From: Macrostomum lignano
Lineage: Eukaryota
Assembly (NCBI GenBank): GCA_002269645.1
Contig: NIVC01003787.1
Span: 1 to 28,983 of the forward strand
Reading direction: 5' to 3'
DNA length: 28,983 nucleotides
Shown here: piece after piece, positions 1 to 18,662 of the stretch
Numbering within the stretch: position 1 is the stretch's first letter
Layout: every line of letters begins with the position of its first letter
Position numbers and translations under genes: made by a program
The notes under the pieces: generated by a model
Seen by the model: the letters and a program-made list of their open reading frames with translations, nothing else
Databases searched by the model: none
What the model was told of the DNA's origin: nothing

Positions 1-162
1 TGCACCCACCCCATTTTATCGATCTAAGCACCACTGCCCTATTCCTAGCAATTCTAGGCCCTGTCGCTTGCACCCACAGTTTTATTGCCCCAAAGCAGTC
101 ATACCTAATTACTTGCAAGTTTATAACGAATTCTAATCAATTTTTTCTGTTAATCTATTCAG

Positions 163-7211
<7,049 letters not shown>

Positions 7212-8418
7212 ATCAGTAGGCCAGCTTTTTACCCTCAATTGTTAAACTTGCATGCCAAATTAAAGTCAATCCGACCCAATCAAGCTGATAAAGTTCGCAG
7301 TGATTAAAAAACTCATATTAGTAACTTAAAATCATACAGAGCTTCTATAACTTATGAAACATTTCATGCATCCTCGCTACTACTATGACCAGTAGTTTAT
7401 CTAACTCCCTGACAGTTTTTATTATACATTTACAGTAGAAGTCGAGGGTAAACAATGTTTTTAAAACCAGGCGTCTTCCTTTACTATTATTTAACCATAT
7501 CTGTGTACTGTTTCAAATTTGGTTTTGTAAATGTTTTCTACTTGCTGAATCGTACTTCCACGATTGATTTCGAATTCTTATCGATTATGAGTTTGTTTTA
7601 ACCAATCGAATTGTAGCTTAAGTATATTAGAAACAAAAGTTTTAACAAAAAAATTGACAGTAGAAAATTGTCTGATAAATAAAAAATTATCTCGACCTGG
7701 CCTCCTTTCTGCGCTGCTAGAGATTCGTACATCTTGAATTTTGATACTGGCTTAATTTTAGTCATTAATACTCCTAATTTTACTGCATGCACTAGTTTTC
7801 TCTTGCTGGGTCAACGATTTAACCATTTTCTACCCCCAACTGCTCCTTATTGGCTGGCTCGACTTTCCTATCTTTCCTATTCCCAACTGTTCCCTAATTG
7901 GCTGGCTCAACTTTCCAATATTTTCCTACCCCTAACTGATCCCTAATTGGCTGGCTCAACTTTCCAATATTTTCCTACCCCTAACTGATTGGCTGGCGCT
8001 CGTACTTCCTCTGAATCTTGACTCTTGCATCTCTAATAGATTTATTAGTTGCTTTATTTTAGTACATAAATTGACAATTTCTGTGTAATCTTATCGCCTT
8101 TGAAAATATTATTACAACATTTCTGAAGCAGTTGACTATATAAGTTAGTTCAAAATACAAAAAAACACGCAATTGATACAAATTTCGCTGGAGACAGGAT
8201 TTTTATTGCAAAGCAATCATCCAAACGTATTAGCGAGAAAAAACTTTTCCGTTTTATAGGAATCTCAAGGTGATCGGTGTGTTTAGCTGAAATTTTATGA
8301 ACAGGCTGAAATGATATGTAATCATGCTTAAGTGAGGTTTCAGTGCAATGCATTTTACCTGGTATTGTAAAAGTCTTTCATATTTTTTTGAAAAAAAAAC
8401 GGTTTCCCTTTCAGTTCA

Positions 8419-8880
8419 GTAGCTAAAAATAATGTGACTCACGACTGAAATGTCGGGAGTTCGATTCTCAACCCGGTCGGAATAATTTGTGTCCTTGAGC
8501 AAGACACTTAACTCTGCATTACTTCAGTTCACCCAGCTGTAAAATGGGTGCCAGCATTGGCTGGGGGCAATTAAGGCTGTGTGCAACCCCCCAGTCCTTG
8601 GACTGAGCAGCAGCCGTACGCAGCCTTCAGCGTACGCAGCTGGGAGTGACTTGGTAGAGGCGTAAACAACGGGCTATTAGTGCAAACCGTAATGTACGAG
8701 TATATTAACCAGGGCCATAGAGAATGTACATTTCAGGCTTAGGCTGGAACACCGGGGAAGGCAATAAAATTGGGCTGCGTGTCTGGGGTAAGAGATTTTG
8801 TGTGGAACGACGCGCCAGGAGGGGTCCAGCTCGGGGTTAAAAGAGCAATAAACAAGTCCTTGTCCTGTCTTGTCTTCTTG
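8419..8880 (+). mobile_element. tRNA-derived CORE-type SINE
   Basis: B-box-like GGGAGTTCGATTCTC (8455-8469), then TGTGTCCTTGAGCAAGACACTTAAC...CAGCTGTAAAATGGGT (about 8488-8549) resembling the MIR/CORE conserved domain. Ends in AATAAAC plus a short (CTTGT)-like tail. Confidence 0.68.
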
Positions 8881-8914
8881 GGTGACCTGTCTAGTTTTTA
8901 CAGGTTCTCATGTC

Positions 8915-10528
8915 TCAACAATCGTTAGTTGGCTGAAAGTTGGCTACCTTCCAGTACATGACGCCGAAACACAGGGCGGTCATGACGCAGGATGCCGTGC
9001 CGACGACTCGTTCAACAACGCTAGCGGCCACGTGCCACTGGACTGCGCGCAGCTGGTTCAGCCAGTCGATCCGTCCAGAGTCTCGCAGAAACTGACGCGA
9101 CGCTTGCAAAATCTGGCGCTCTTTAGCTTCGAGCAGATCACGCGGCTGCTCGCTAGACGAAGCTGCCTGACGCAGAAGTTCGACTTCATCCTCGGAGTCT
9201 AACTCGTTGATTTTGGAGCGCTCTACGTAGCGACGGTAATTGGCTAGGCTGGTGAGTTCTCGCTCTGACAGGACGGGGGATGAGAGAATCTGTTTGTCCA
9301 GCCAATCAGCAAACAGCTGGGGTAGAGAAAGTGGCTGTTGGTTCAGCCAGCCAAGATAATCAGCAATTCAGCATGGGTTAGAGATACTCTGTTGAGCCAG
9401 CCAATCAGCGAATAGCTGGGGTGAGAGAGAGCCTTTGTTTCGCTAGCCAATCAGCGTCCAGCTTTAGACAGAAGGAGACTCTGTTGGGCGACAAGCACAA
9501 GTATAAATATAATTAAATACTCAAAATAGCGTACCTCCGCACGCAATGATAATGCGTTTAAGCAGTCCGACGGCCGATGCCGATAGCTGACCAGTTTCAG
9601 CGACATCACCGACGAAGCCGTTGCTACGCTGGCGTTGACCATCCCCATAGCAACCAGCGAGCTTAGTATAGCAACAGAATCCGATGTAGTTGGCAACTTG
9701 TTAACCAACAGAGTAGAATAGATAGAGAATGTAGTCATCATGCTCATGCAGAACGTGACCTTCTCCCCGGAGCTGAACGGCACCCAGTAAGAGAAAAAGG
9801 TCACGCAGATGAAGACCAGAGTTGGCAGGGCAACATTTACCAAATAGAAGACAGAGTGCCTGCGCATGCAGATGTACACGATCACTTCGCTGAACGCGTT
9901 CGCTAGCAGAGGGTAGCTGGTGAGGTTTCTGCCCAGCCAGACTCGAGTGACATTCCATTCTCCGTGCTGGATGCTGAACTCTTTCAGCACCGGCTTCATG
10001 CTGGGATGGACCCGGAGGTCCAGCTGGGACATGTCGTAGGTCCAGCTGGCGAATTTCAGGCTGCAGAGCTGCCTGGGATAGAATATAATAGAATAGAACA
10101 CAATAGAATAGAATAAAATAGAATAGGAAAAACTAAAATAGGAATCTACCTATCAAAAGGGAACAGAGTCAGATCCACAGCGCAGTGGCTCTTTGAAGTG
10201 ACGGCGGGCATCCATTTAATCGTACCGTTGCTGCTGATTGACACCGAAATATCGGTGGGAAAATACCCCACATAGTCTCCGGCTGTGTTCCGCTCCTGCC
10301 AATGGCCAGGTTGAATTGCTGGCTGTTAACTGACTGACTGACTGACTGACTGACTGACTGACTGACTGACTGACTGACTGACTGACTGACTGACTGACTG
10401 ACTGACTGACTGACTGACTGACTGACTGACTGACTGACTGACTGACTGACTGACTGACTGACTGACTGACTGACTGACTGACTGACTGACTGACTGACTG
10501 ACTGACTGACTGACTGACTGACTGACTG

Positions 10529-10571
<43 letters not shown>

Positions 10572-11002
10572 ATCTAACTAACTGACTCACTAACTAACTA
10601 ACTCACATCAAAGCCAAGAATCTGTGTCAGCGATGCAGCAAAGTACACTATGACAGGCACAGACGCATTGTACACGGGCCTCGAGTCCGGGGTGCAGGAC
10701 TCTCTGATCATGTCGAACACCGTGTGCTCATAGTTCATGTGGCCGCCGCTGCCGCCTCCGCTAGCCGTGAGGTTCACCTCGTTAGTTGCAGCTTCATCGT
10801 CCCAGCATCCGTTGGCTGATGACGAAGCGCCGAAAATTTGGCGTCTCTGCTGTTCCAGCAGCCGCTGCCTCATTAGCAGTCTCTGCTGCTGCTGTCGCTG
10901 CAGCTGCCTGAGTCGATGATGCTGAGGGCTTGCCCAGCCTCCGTGCTGCATCAACACGCATGCTATGAGCAGCAGCAGAAGCGGCAACTGTTTTGTTTCC
11001 AT
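8915..11002 (-). CDS. Cys-loop ligand-gated ion channel subunit, nicotinic acetylcholine receptor-like, non-alpha; 4 coding exons, about 473 aa
   Basis: Exons 11002-10607, 10295-10150, 10072-9543 (alternative donor at 9535) and 9264-8915. Signal peptide METKQLPLLLLLIACVLM, Cys-loop C-AVDLTLFPFDRQL-C (C-x13-C) across an intron, loop B KFASWTYD, M1 FYLVNVALP, GEK-M2-LPTTSDSV, M3, and M4 preceded by QWHVAASVVERV. Loop C has no vicinal Cys. Confidence 0.93.
10327..10606. repeat. Compound tetranucleotide microsatellite (ACTG)n(ACTT)n(ACTA)n
   Basis: Fills nearly all of intron 1 of the channel gene. Confidence 0.97.
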
Positions 11003-11004
11003 GC

Positions 11005-11160
11005 CTTGAAAAGAAGACGAAGCGAACAAATAAACTGCTCAGGTAGAGGAGATATCTGCTGCGAGATCGGGAAATAGAATGGAAATATATGTATGTGAGC
11101 TGCAGTCCATGGATTACTATATGGATTGAGAGTCTGGAATGGAAAGCGCGGTGCTCTTAC
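11005..11160 (-). other. Possible 5'-UTR intron of the channel gene
   Basis: On - strand, donor-like ATG|GTAAGAG at 11160 and a pyrimidine-rich acceptor TTCGTCTTCTTTTCAAG|GCATG two bases before the start codon. Confidence 0.4.
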
Positions 11161-12477
11161 CATTGAGCCTAGGCTCAATTCCAATTGCAATTGTCACATT
11201 AATTTGGGTTTAAATTGGAATCTCGGCTTGGCTCTGCTCGTGCAATTAACGCCCAGCTTGAGGTCCAACCCCCCAAAGCACAGTGAAGTGTACATTGCCT
11301 AACGATAAATAAATTTAGGGCGCCGCTGTACGCTTCTGTGTGAGTGTGTGCCTGTGCGTATGACTGCGTACGTATCCGCGCGCTTGTGTGCCTGCTCAGG
11401 GGAGTCGGCGGAATGAGCAGCTTATTCGTAATTAGAGTCAATTCTTTTTTCCTATAATGTTGAAAGAATCGAAATGCACGTAGCTCGTAACAAAGATTAT
11501 CTACCTATCGCATCTTTCAATCCAACGCAATATTTTGAAGAGGATGAATCGAAGAGAAGCAACTCCAGATCCCTTCCTTATAAGGCGTCCTTAGCCCAGC
11601 AGGGGTAAGGAATTGGGGATTTTCTCAATCTACCGCGCCTCGCTTCCAAGCTCTTCCTCCCCCTATTGGAACTGGCCAGAAGCCGAAATCAGAATTCCTC
11701 ACTGATCTCATTACTCTTGCGGCAGCAGCTCAAATCAGTCAGGACGGTCTCTTGTCGCTGGGATTTATCTTATTTTTTCTCCCCTCTCTTCCCTAGTGCT
11801 CCCCGAAGCATTTCCTCAATCCCCTACTAGTCAAATCTGCCTGCTCAAAGAACGCTAAATCTAGGGTAAGCTCACAGCCTTCATAAGTTCCATGCACCTG
11901 CCATACATTGCAGCCCTCGTAGAGACAGACAGTTTCTGTCCCTTCCACGGAAGTCGATCATTTTTTGTGATTAATTACTCTTCTTTTCCGGGAAATAGCG
12001 TCTGTCTCGATCGCTCCTTAGGGCCCTTCGTTGCCCAGCTATAAATATTTTTTATACCGAATCAATTTTTGTCCAAGCAATTTGACCTTTAGAATCTAGG
12101 ACTCGAATATAAGCCTCTGCACGAATACTAGCTAAAAAAGATTAGCAGTTTTACTTGGCGCGTAAATTTAGCAAAAAAATCTTAATGAGACGCCCAGTAC
12201 TGAGTAGCTTAGGCATCAGAATTTATTCAGAAAATTCGTTGAAATTTTTGAGTTTGAAACAGTTTTTTTATTAGAGATGGGCAACGCTCACAACAAGGTT
12301 TGTGTTTTCTTAACGGATTTTTGCACTGCGCTTAAAGGGTTTTGCCATAGACAAGATCGGTCGAGAATAATACACTACAGAAAGAGGAACAGCTGAAATT
12401 CGGCCGGAACCCCATTTTTGGGTGAACAAACACTCAGAGTTGCTTCTTAAGTTCTATCAGTTGCTTCTTCTTCTTCT

Positions 12478-12930
12478 TCCAATCTCACCCTGATAATGCT
12501 CCAATCTCAACCTGATAGTGCTCCAATCTCACCCTGATAATGCTCCAATCTCAATCTGATAATGCTCCAATCTCACCCTGATAATGCTCCAATCTCACCC
12601 TGATAATGCTCCAATCTCAACCTGATAATGCTCCAATCTCAACCTGATAATGCTCCAATCTCAACCTGATAATGCTCCAATCTCACCCTGATAATGCTCC
12701 AATCTCACCCGGATAATGCTTCAATCTCACCTGATAGTGCTCCAATCTCACCCTGATAATACTCCAATATCACCCTGATAATGCTCCAATCTCACCCTGA
12801 TAATGCTCCAATCTCACCCTGATAATGCTCCAATCTCACGCTGATAATGCTCCAATCTCAACCTGATAATACTCCAATATCACCCTGATAATGCTCCAAT
12901 CTCACCCTGATAGTGCTCCCATCTCAACCT
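12478..12930. repeat. 22-bp minisatellite CTCCAATCTCACCCTGATAATG
   Basis: Direct tandem copies visible. Confidence 0.95.
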
Positions 12931-12946
12931 AAGGCTCATATTAAGT

Positions 12947-13455
12947 GTAAACAGAGCTGACAGTATAACAAACAGAGCTGACAGTATTACAAACAAAGCT
13001 GACAATATTACAAACAGAGCTGACAGTATCACAAACAGAGCTGACAGTGTTACAAACAGAGCTGACAGTATCACAAACAGAGCTGACAGTGTTACAAACA
13101 GAGCTGACAGTATCACAAACAGAGCTGACAGTATCACAAACAGAGCTGACAGTGTTACAAACAGAGCGGTCGTTATTACAAACAGAGCTGACAGTTTTAC
13201 AAACAGAGCTGACAGTATTACAAACAGAGCTGACAGTGTTACAAACAGAGCGGACAATATTACAAACAGAGCTGACAGTTTTACAAACAGAGCTGACAGT
13301 GTTACAAACAGAGCTGACAGTGTTACAAACAGAGCTGACAGTATTACAAACAGAGCTGACAGTGTTACAAACAGAGCTGACAGTTTTACAAACAGAGCTG
13401 ACAGTATTACAAACAGAGCTGACAGTGTTACAAACAGAGCTGACAGTATTACAAA
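12947..13455. repeat. 21-bp minisatellite ACAAACAGAGCTGACAGTRTT
   Basis: About 24 tandem copies. Confidence 0.95.
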
Positions 13456-13516
13456 TGGATCTGACAAACTCGAATAGCAAAATCAATGTACGATTACAAA
13501 AGTACTCAGATGTCCA

Positions 13517-14330
13517 CTAGCGCGCCAGACCAAAGAAGCTGTTGATGCAGAATGCGTCAGGAATCGATGGTCGAGTGTAAAATACCCCATTAGACACTTG
13601 CTCTGGCGGAACGAACGCCTACTTCGAGAAGAACACTCCGCTGTCGATGGCCGCCGATGTGACACCCACTTCAACGAACTCCGTCGAGTTGAACGACACA
13701 GTTGTTGGATAAGTGCTGAAATCTGAAAAATTCAAAGCAGCTTCCTCCCGCTTGAGCCTGACCAGCCACGTGAGTCCCTGCTGCAGATTCGTGAACTCCA
13801 CGTTCTCCAGCCACATCTTGGACGACACACCGTGGAGCTTGGCTCCCTCGCTGCTCCACTTCACATTCTCCGACATCCACTGCTGCATCTGGCCGCACAC
13901 CAGGTTGCTCCTGCTGGCCTCCGCATCGTCGCTCATCACCCAGACGGCCCTCAGCTTTGAGCCCGCACCCAGCATGAGCCTCCTGCTCAAGGTGAGGAAC
14001 TTGGCGGCTCTGGCATTGGCGAATGCGGCACAGCGGCGGGACTGCGGGCTCTCTGCGGCAGCGAGTCCATCGATGAGCTGGCGCACTGCGGTGTGTTGAA
14101 AGAGCGAGCACTGGGCGGTGTCCGAGTTGAACTGGGCCACCAGCAGGCCGTTCGAGCCTTCGAGAACGCAGTCGAGGCCGGAGCCCGAAGGCCTCGCCCA
14201 CAGCGCCAGCGAGTCGCTCAGGCAGCTCTGCGTCTCCAGACGGCGTCACGAAGGGCGACAGCCGCAACCGGCGGGCCGGGCAGTCAGGCAGCCAAGAGGA
14301 CAGCGAGCAGAGCTCGGGCTGGAAATCGCA
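13517..14330 (-). pseudogene. Unidentified coding block (possible exon of a secreted/membrane protein) with one frameshift and an internal TAG
   Basis: TTTTTTTAG acceptor, then CDFQPELCSLSSWLPDCPARRLRLSPFV. Near 14245 the frame switches to RRLETQSCLSDSLALW...VAQFNSDTAQCSLFQHT...GVFFSK* (TAG 13621-13619), followed in frame by AFVPPEQVSNGVFYTRPSIPDAFCINSFFGLAR*. G/C-ending codons predominate as in the recognised genes. No family securely recognised. Confidence 0.55.
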
Positions 14331-14536
14331 CTAAAAAAACACTGACACGGCTGCCTACCTGAGAATTGAATGTTGGTCAGCATTTCTTTGCTTTATTCTC
14401 TGAATCAGGAGCTTTGCGATGTTTGGCTGGACAAAAAATTGAATGTCTCTTTGATTTATGCTGAGCACTGAGCACTGCTGCAGCTGTTCTGTGCACCAAT
14501 CATGTTGTCATCGGGAAATTTAATTGCAGACGGTTA

Positions 14537-15089
<553 letters not shown>

Positions 15090-15530
15090 GGAAACATGTA
15101 GACAGTAGTTTTTAGCAAGAAATTCGATAAATTTCAACATGCTTAATTTACTTTTCTTGACTACTTCTGCAAAGCTACTATAAGTAGAGTGTTCAGCGCC
15201 AGACCGAAGAGAACGTTTATCGAATTTGTTTTTCTGCTTAGCAACTGTGTTTTAATGGGACTCTCGCTCACGCCTGTTGCGCTTTTACGAGTACTGTGCC
15301 ATTATTGCAGCTGTTGTGCAGTCCTAATTGCAGAAGTATTTTGGCTTTATAGGATGGAGGATTCAATCAGCGGGGATTTTAAAAGAGTCGCAGCTGCTAA
15401 GCTTGTGCAGCTAATACACGGATTAGATTAGAAAGCCGGAAGCATGCGTTGAATAGTTGCCCGATTTAGTTAGAAACTGTCTCTTGTTTTTTGTGTAAAA
15501 ACGGACTTGATGAAAAATTTACAACTATTC

Positions 15531-16123
15531 TGGGGGCGCCATCTTGGGGGCGCCACCATTGGGGCGCCACCCTGGGTTGCGCCATCCTGGGGGGGCATCA
15601 TGGAGGCACCATCTTATAAGGGCGCCATCCTGGGGGGCGCCATCCTGGGGACGCCATCCTGGGGGGTGCCATCCTGGGGGACGCCATCCTGGGGGCGCCA
15701 TCCTGGGGGCGCCATCCTGGGGGCGCCATTCTGGGGAGCATCATCTTATAAGGGCGCCATCATGGGGGCGCCATCTTGGGGGGCGCCATCTTGGGGGGGG
15801 GCATCATGGAGGCACCATCTTATAAGGGCGCCATCCTGGGGGGCGCCATCCAGGGGGATGCCATCATGGGGGGCACCATCATGGGGAGCGCCATTATGGG
15901 GGCGCCATCCTGGGGAGCGCCATCCTGAGGGCGCCATCCTGGGGGGCACCATCTTATAAGATCTTATAAGGGCGCCATCCTGGGGGATGCCATCCTGGGG
16001 ACGACATCCTGGGGGCGCCATCCTGGGGGACGGCATCCTGGTGGCGCCATTCTGGGGGGCATCATCTTATAAGGGCGCCATCATGGGGGCGCCATCTTGG
16101 GGGGGGCGCCATCTTGGGGGCGC
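15531..16123. repeat. GC-rich minisatellite built on GGGGCGCCATCCT
   Basis: Degenerate tandem copies. Diverged copies resume at about 17401-17452 after the mariner. Confidence 0.92.
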
Positions 16124-16129
16124 TATATA

Positions 16130-17397
16130 TTAGGGTGAGCCAAAAGTTTCCGGAATTTGAACAATTTAAAACTATAACAAATAGTGTCAAGAACAAACAG
16201 TTTATAGCGATGTGATGTAGTTGCCATTCAAGGCCCTGACCCTCTCCCATCTTGCTGGCAATGCCTCAATCCCCTCCCTCCAGAAGCTCGCAGGCTTTGA
16301 ATCAATCCATTTCTGCACTGCCTGCTCCACATGTTGCTTGTTGGCGAACCGCTGTCCATCACAAAAGCTCTGGAGAGACCTGAACACATGATAGTCGCAT
16401 GGCGAGAGGTCTGGTGAGTATGGTGGGTGGGGCAAAACACTGTAGCCCAGGCTTGCCAGCTTGGCCTGGGTGAGTCTTGCTTTGTGAAGCCGCGCAATGT
16501 CGAAGAGGAGCACCTTGTCGCGGTGCCCCGGGCACACGGATCGCAGCAAACGGGCGATCTGCTCCAGTTCGCTGCAGATCACCTCCGCGTTCACAGCCAT
16601 GCCATGCGGGATGACCTCCCAGAAAACAGGGCCAGACGAGCAGAACCAGAGAGAGAGCAGCTCCTTGCCGCAGTGGGCGTTCCGCATTGGGCAGCTGGGT
16701 GGTTCTTCAGAAGCATCGACCCAGACGGCTGATGTGCTTGGGTTCTCATAGCAGACCCACTTCTCGTCTTGAGCGATTATCGACTTGAGAAAGTTTGGCG
16801 AACCGGCATAGCGAAGATTCGAAGTTGCCACATCCACCCTGGCTCTCAGCTGCTGAGGTGTCAGCTCATGGGGCACCAGAGTTGGCTTCTTCGGCACCTT
16901 GTCCGCAGCATGCAGGCTCCGCCGGACCGTGCCACAGGACACCCCAGTAGCGGCTGACAACGCTGTAGTCCGGAGTGTCCTCAAGGGCTTGGAGAACGGC
17001 ATCGCCATCAGCAGCAGGGGGTCGGCCTGACCTCGGCTTGTCCTTCAGCTCATAGTTCTCCTCAGCAAAGCGAGAGAACCACTCGTACACCGACGACTTT
17101 GAGGGTGCATGTGGGCCCATCAGCTGCAACAACTCGCGATGTGCCTCGGCTGCTTTGCGTCCCGCATGAAAGTGGCTGAGCAGAATTGCTCGCCATTCAG
17201 TTCTTGGCAGTTCCATTGGATGCGTTTGCTGGCTTAAGTAGGCAGGGTCTGGGAAACTGAGCGATGTTAAGCTAAAGAGTGATGATAAGGCTGGCCAACA
17301 GCATAGTAGATGGTTGCTGCTTTTAAGCTTTTCCATAGACAAAAATTAACTAAAAGTTCGATTCTAAAAAATTCCGGAAACTTTTGGCTCACCCTAA
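16130..17397 (-). mobile_element. Full-length mariner (Tc1/mariner, DD34D) DNA transposon, 1268 bp
   Basis: Perfect 29-bp TIRs TTAGGGTGAGCCAAAAGTTTCCGGAATTT (16130-16158 and reverse complement 17369-17397), TA TSD at 16128-16129 and 17398-17399. Confidence 0.97.
16202..17216 (-). pseudogene. Mariner transposase with one -1 frameshift near 16970
   Basis: MELPRTEWRAILL...SVYEWFSRF...KPRSGRP (HTH region), LVPHEL (WVPHEL variant), AQDEKW, FDIARLH, YSPDLSPCDY. 34 residues lie between the 2nd and 3rd catalytic D. The N- and C-terminal parts are in two frames. Confidence 0.92.
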
Positions 17398-18127
17398 TAT
17401 CTTTGGAGTGGCATTATCTGGGAGCGCCAGGTTGGAGGCGCCACCTGAGGGGCAGTTATTAGTTTCCAATCCAATTGACGCTAGAGACTATCTAAACTAG
17501 AAGTCCATGACTGTCACACATTCAATGCAACTACAATACCGTAGTTGCATGCGGGCGGAGGCCATGAGAGGGAGCGATATGAGAGATCGAGGAAGTGAAA
17601 TCGGCTTGGCCTGCAGTTCTTTCAAATCCTCAATAATCATATTTGGCGGGCCAATAGTTAAAGAAACCCAAAGCAGCAATGCTTTGCGAGAAGAAGAGAG
17701 TATTAAACACTTAGAAGTTTATCAGCCTATGAAGCGGTTGGTTAATTTCTTTTAACACCCCGGGGCAATATCTTTTTTCTCTGTGTCCCAGCCATTGCTG
17801 CGGTTTGGCTTTTTGTCATAATTTGTGAAAGTGTTTATTGCCATTTTTTACGACCAAGCCTGGCAGACGGCCGCTAAGTTAGTGCCTTCTTTTTTACTCC
17901 ACTGAGCCGCTCCGCGACTGCAGGCGTGTTGGCGTGGCCGCTTTTATTTACTCAATAAGTTTCGCTTAAGCTCGGTTTATTTTCCCTTTTAAGAGGCCGA
18001 CAGTTTCAATAGTTATAAGCTCACAGAGCCTCCACAATTATATTTTATTTGCAAGTCGCTTTCTCCTGCGAAGCTTGGCGTAATTTTGTAGACTGAAAGC
18101 ATTTGCATATCTCAAAACTGAATTTAC

Positions 18128-18662
<535 letters not shown>

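Noticed and set aside
12277-12297. ATG GGC AAC GCT CAC AAC AAG|GTTTGT (MGNAHNK), a myristoylation-like mini first exon
   Set aside because: Weak donor and no phase-compatible downstream + strand exon found.
13713-14099. + strand 128-aa ORF
   Set aside because: Antisense shadow of the - strand block, which has the better codon bias and an acceptor.
17497-17690. Possible - strand exon (LLWVSLTIGPPNMIIEDLKELQAK...) after a pyrimidine-rich acceptor
   Set aside because: Short, no recognisable domain and no clear donor. Kept only as a candidate to test.
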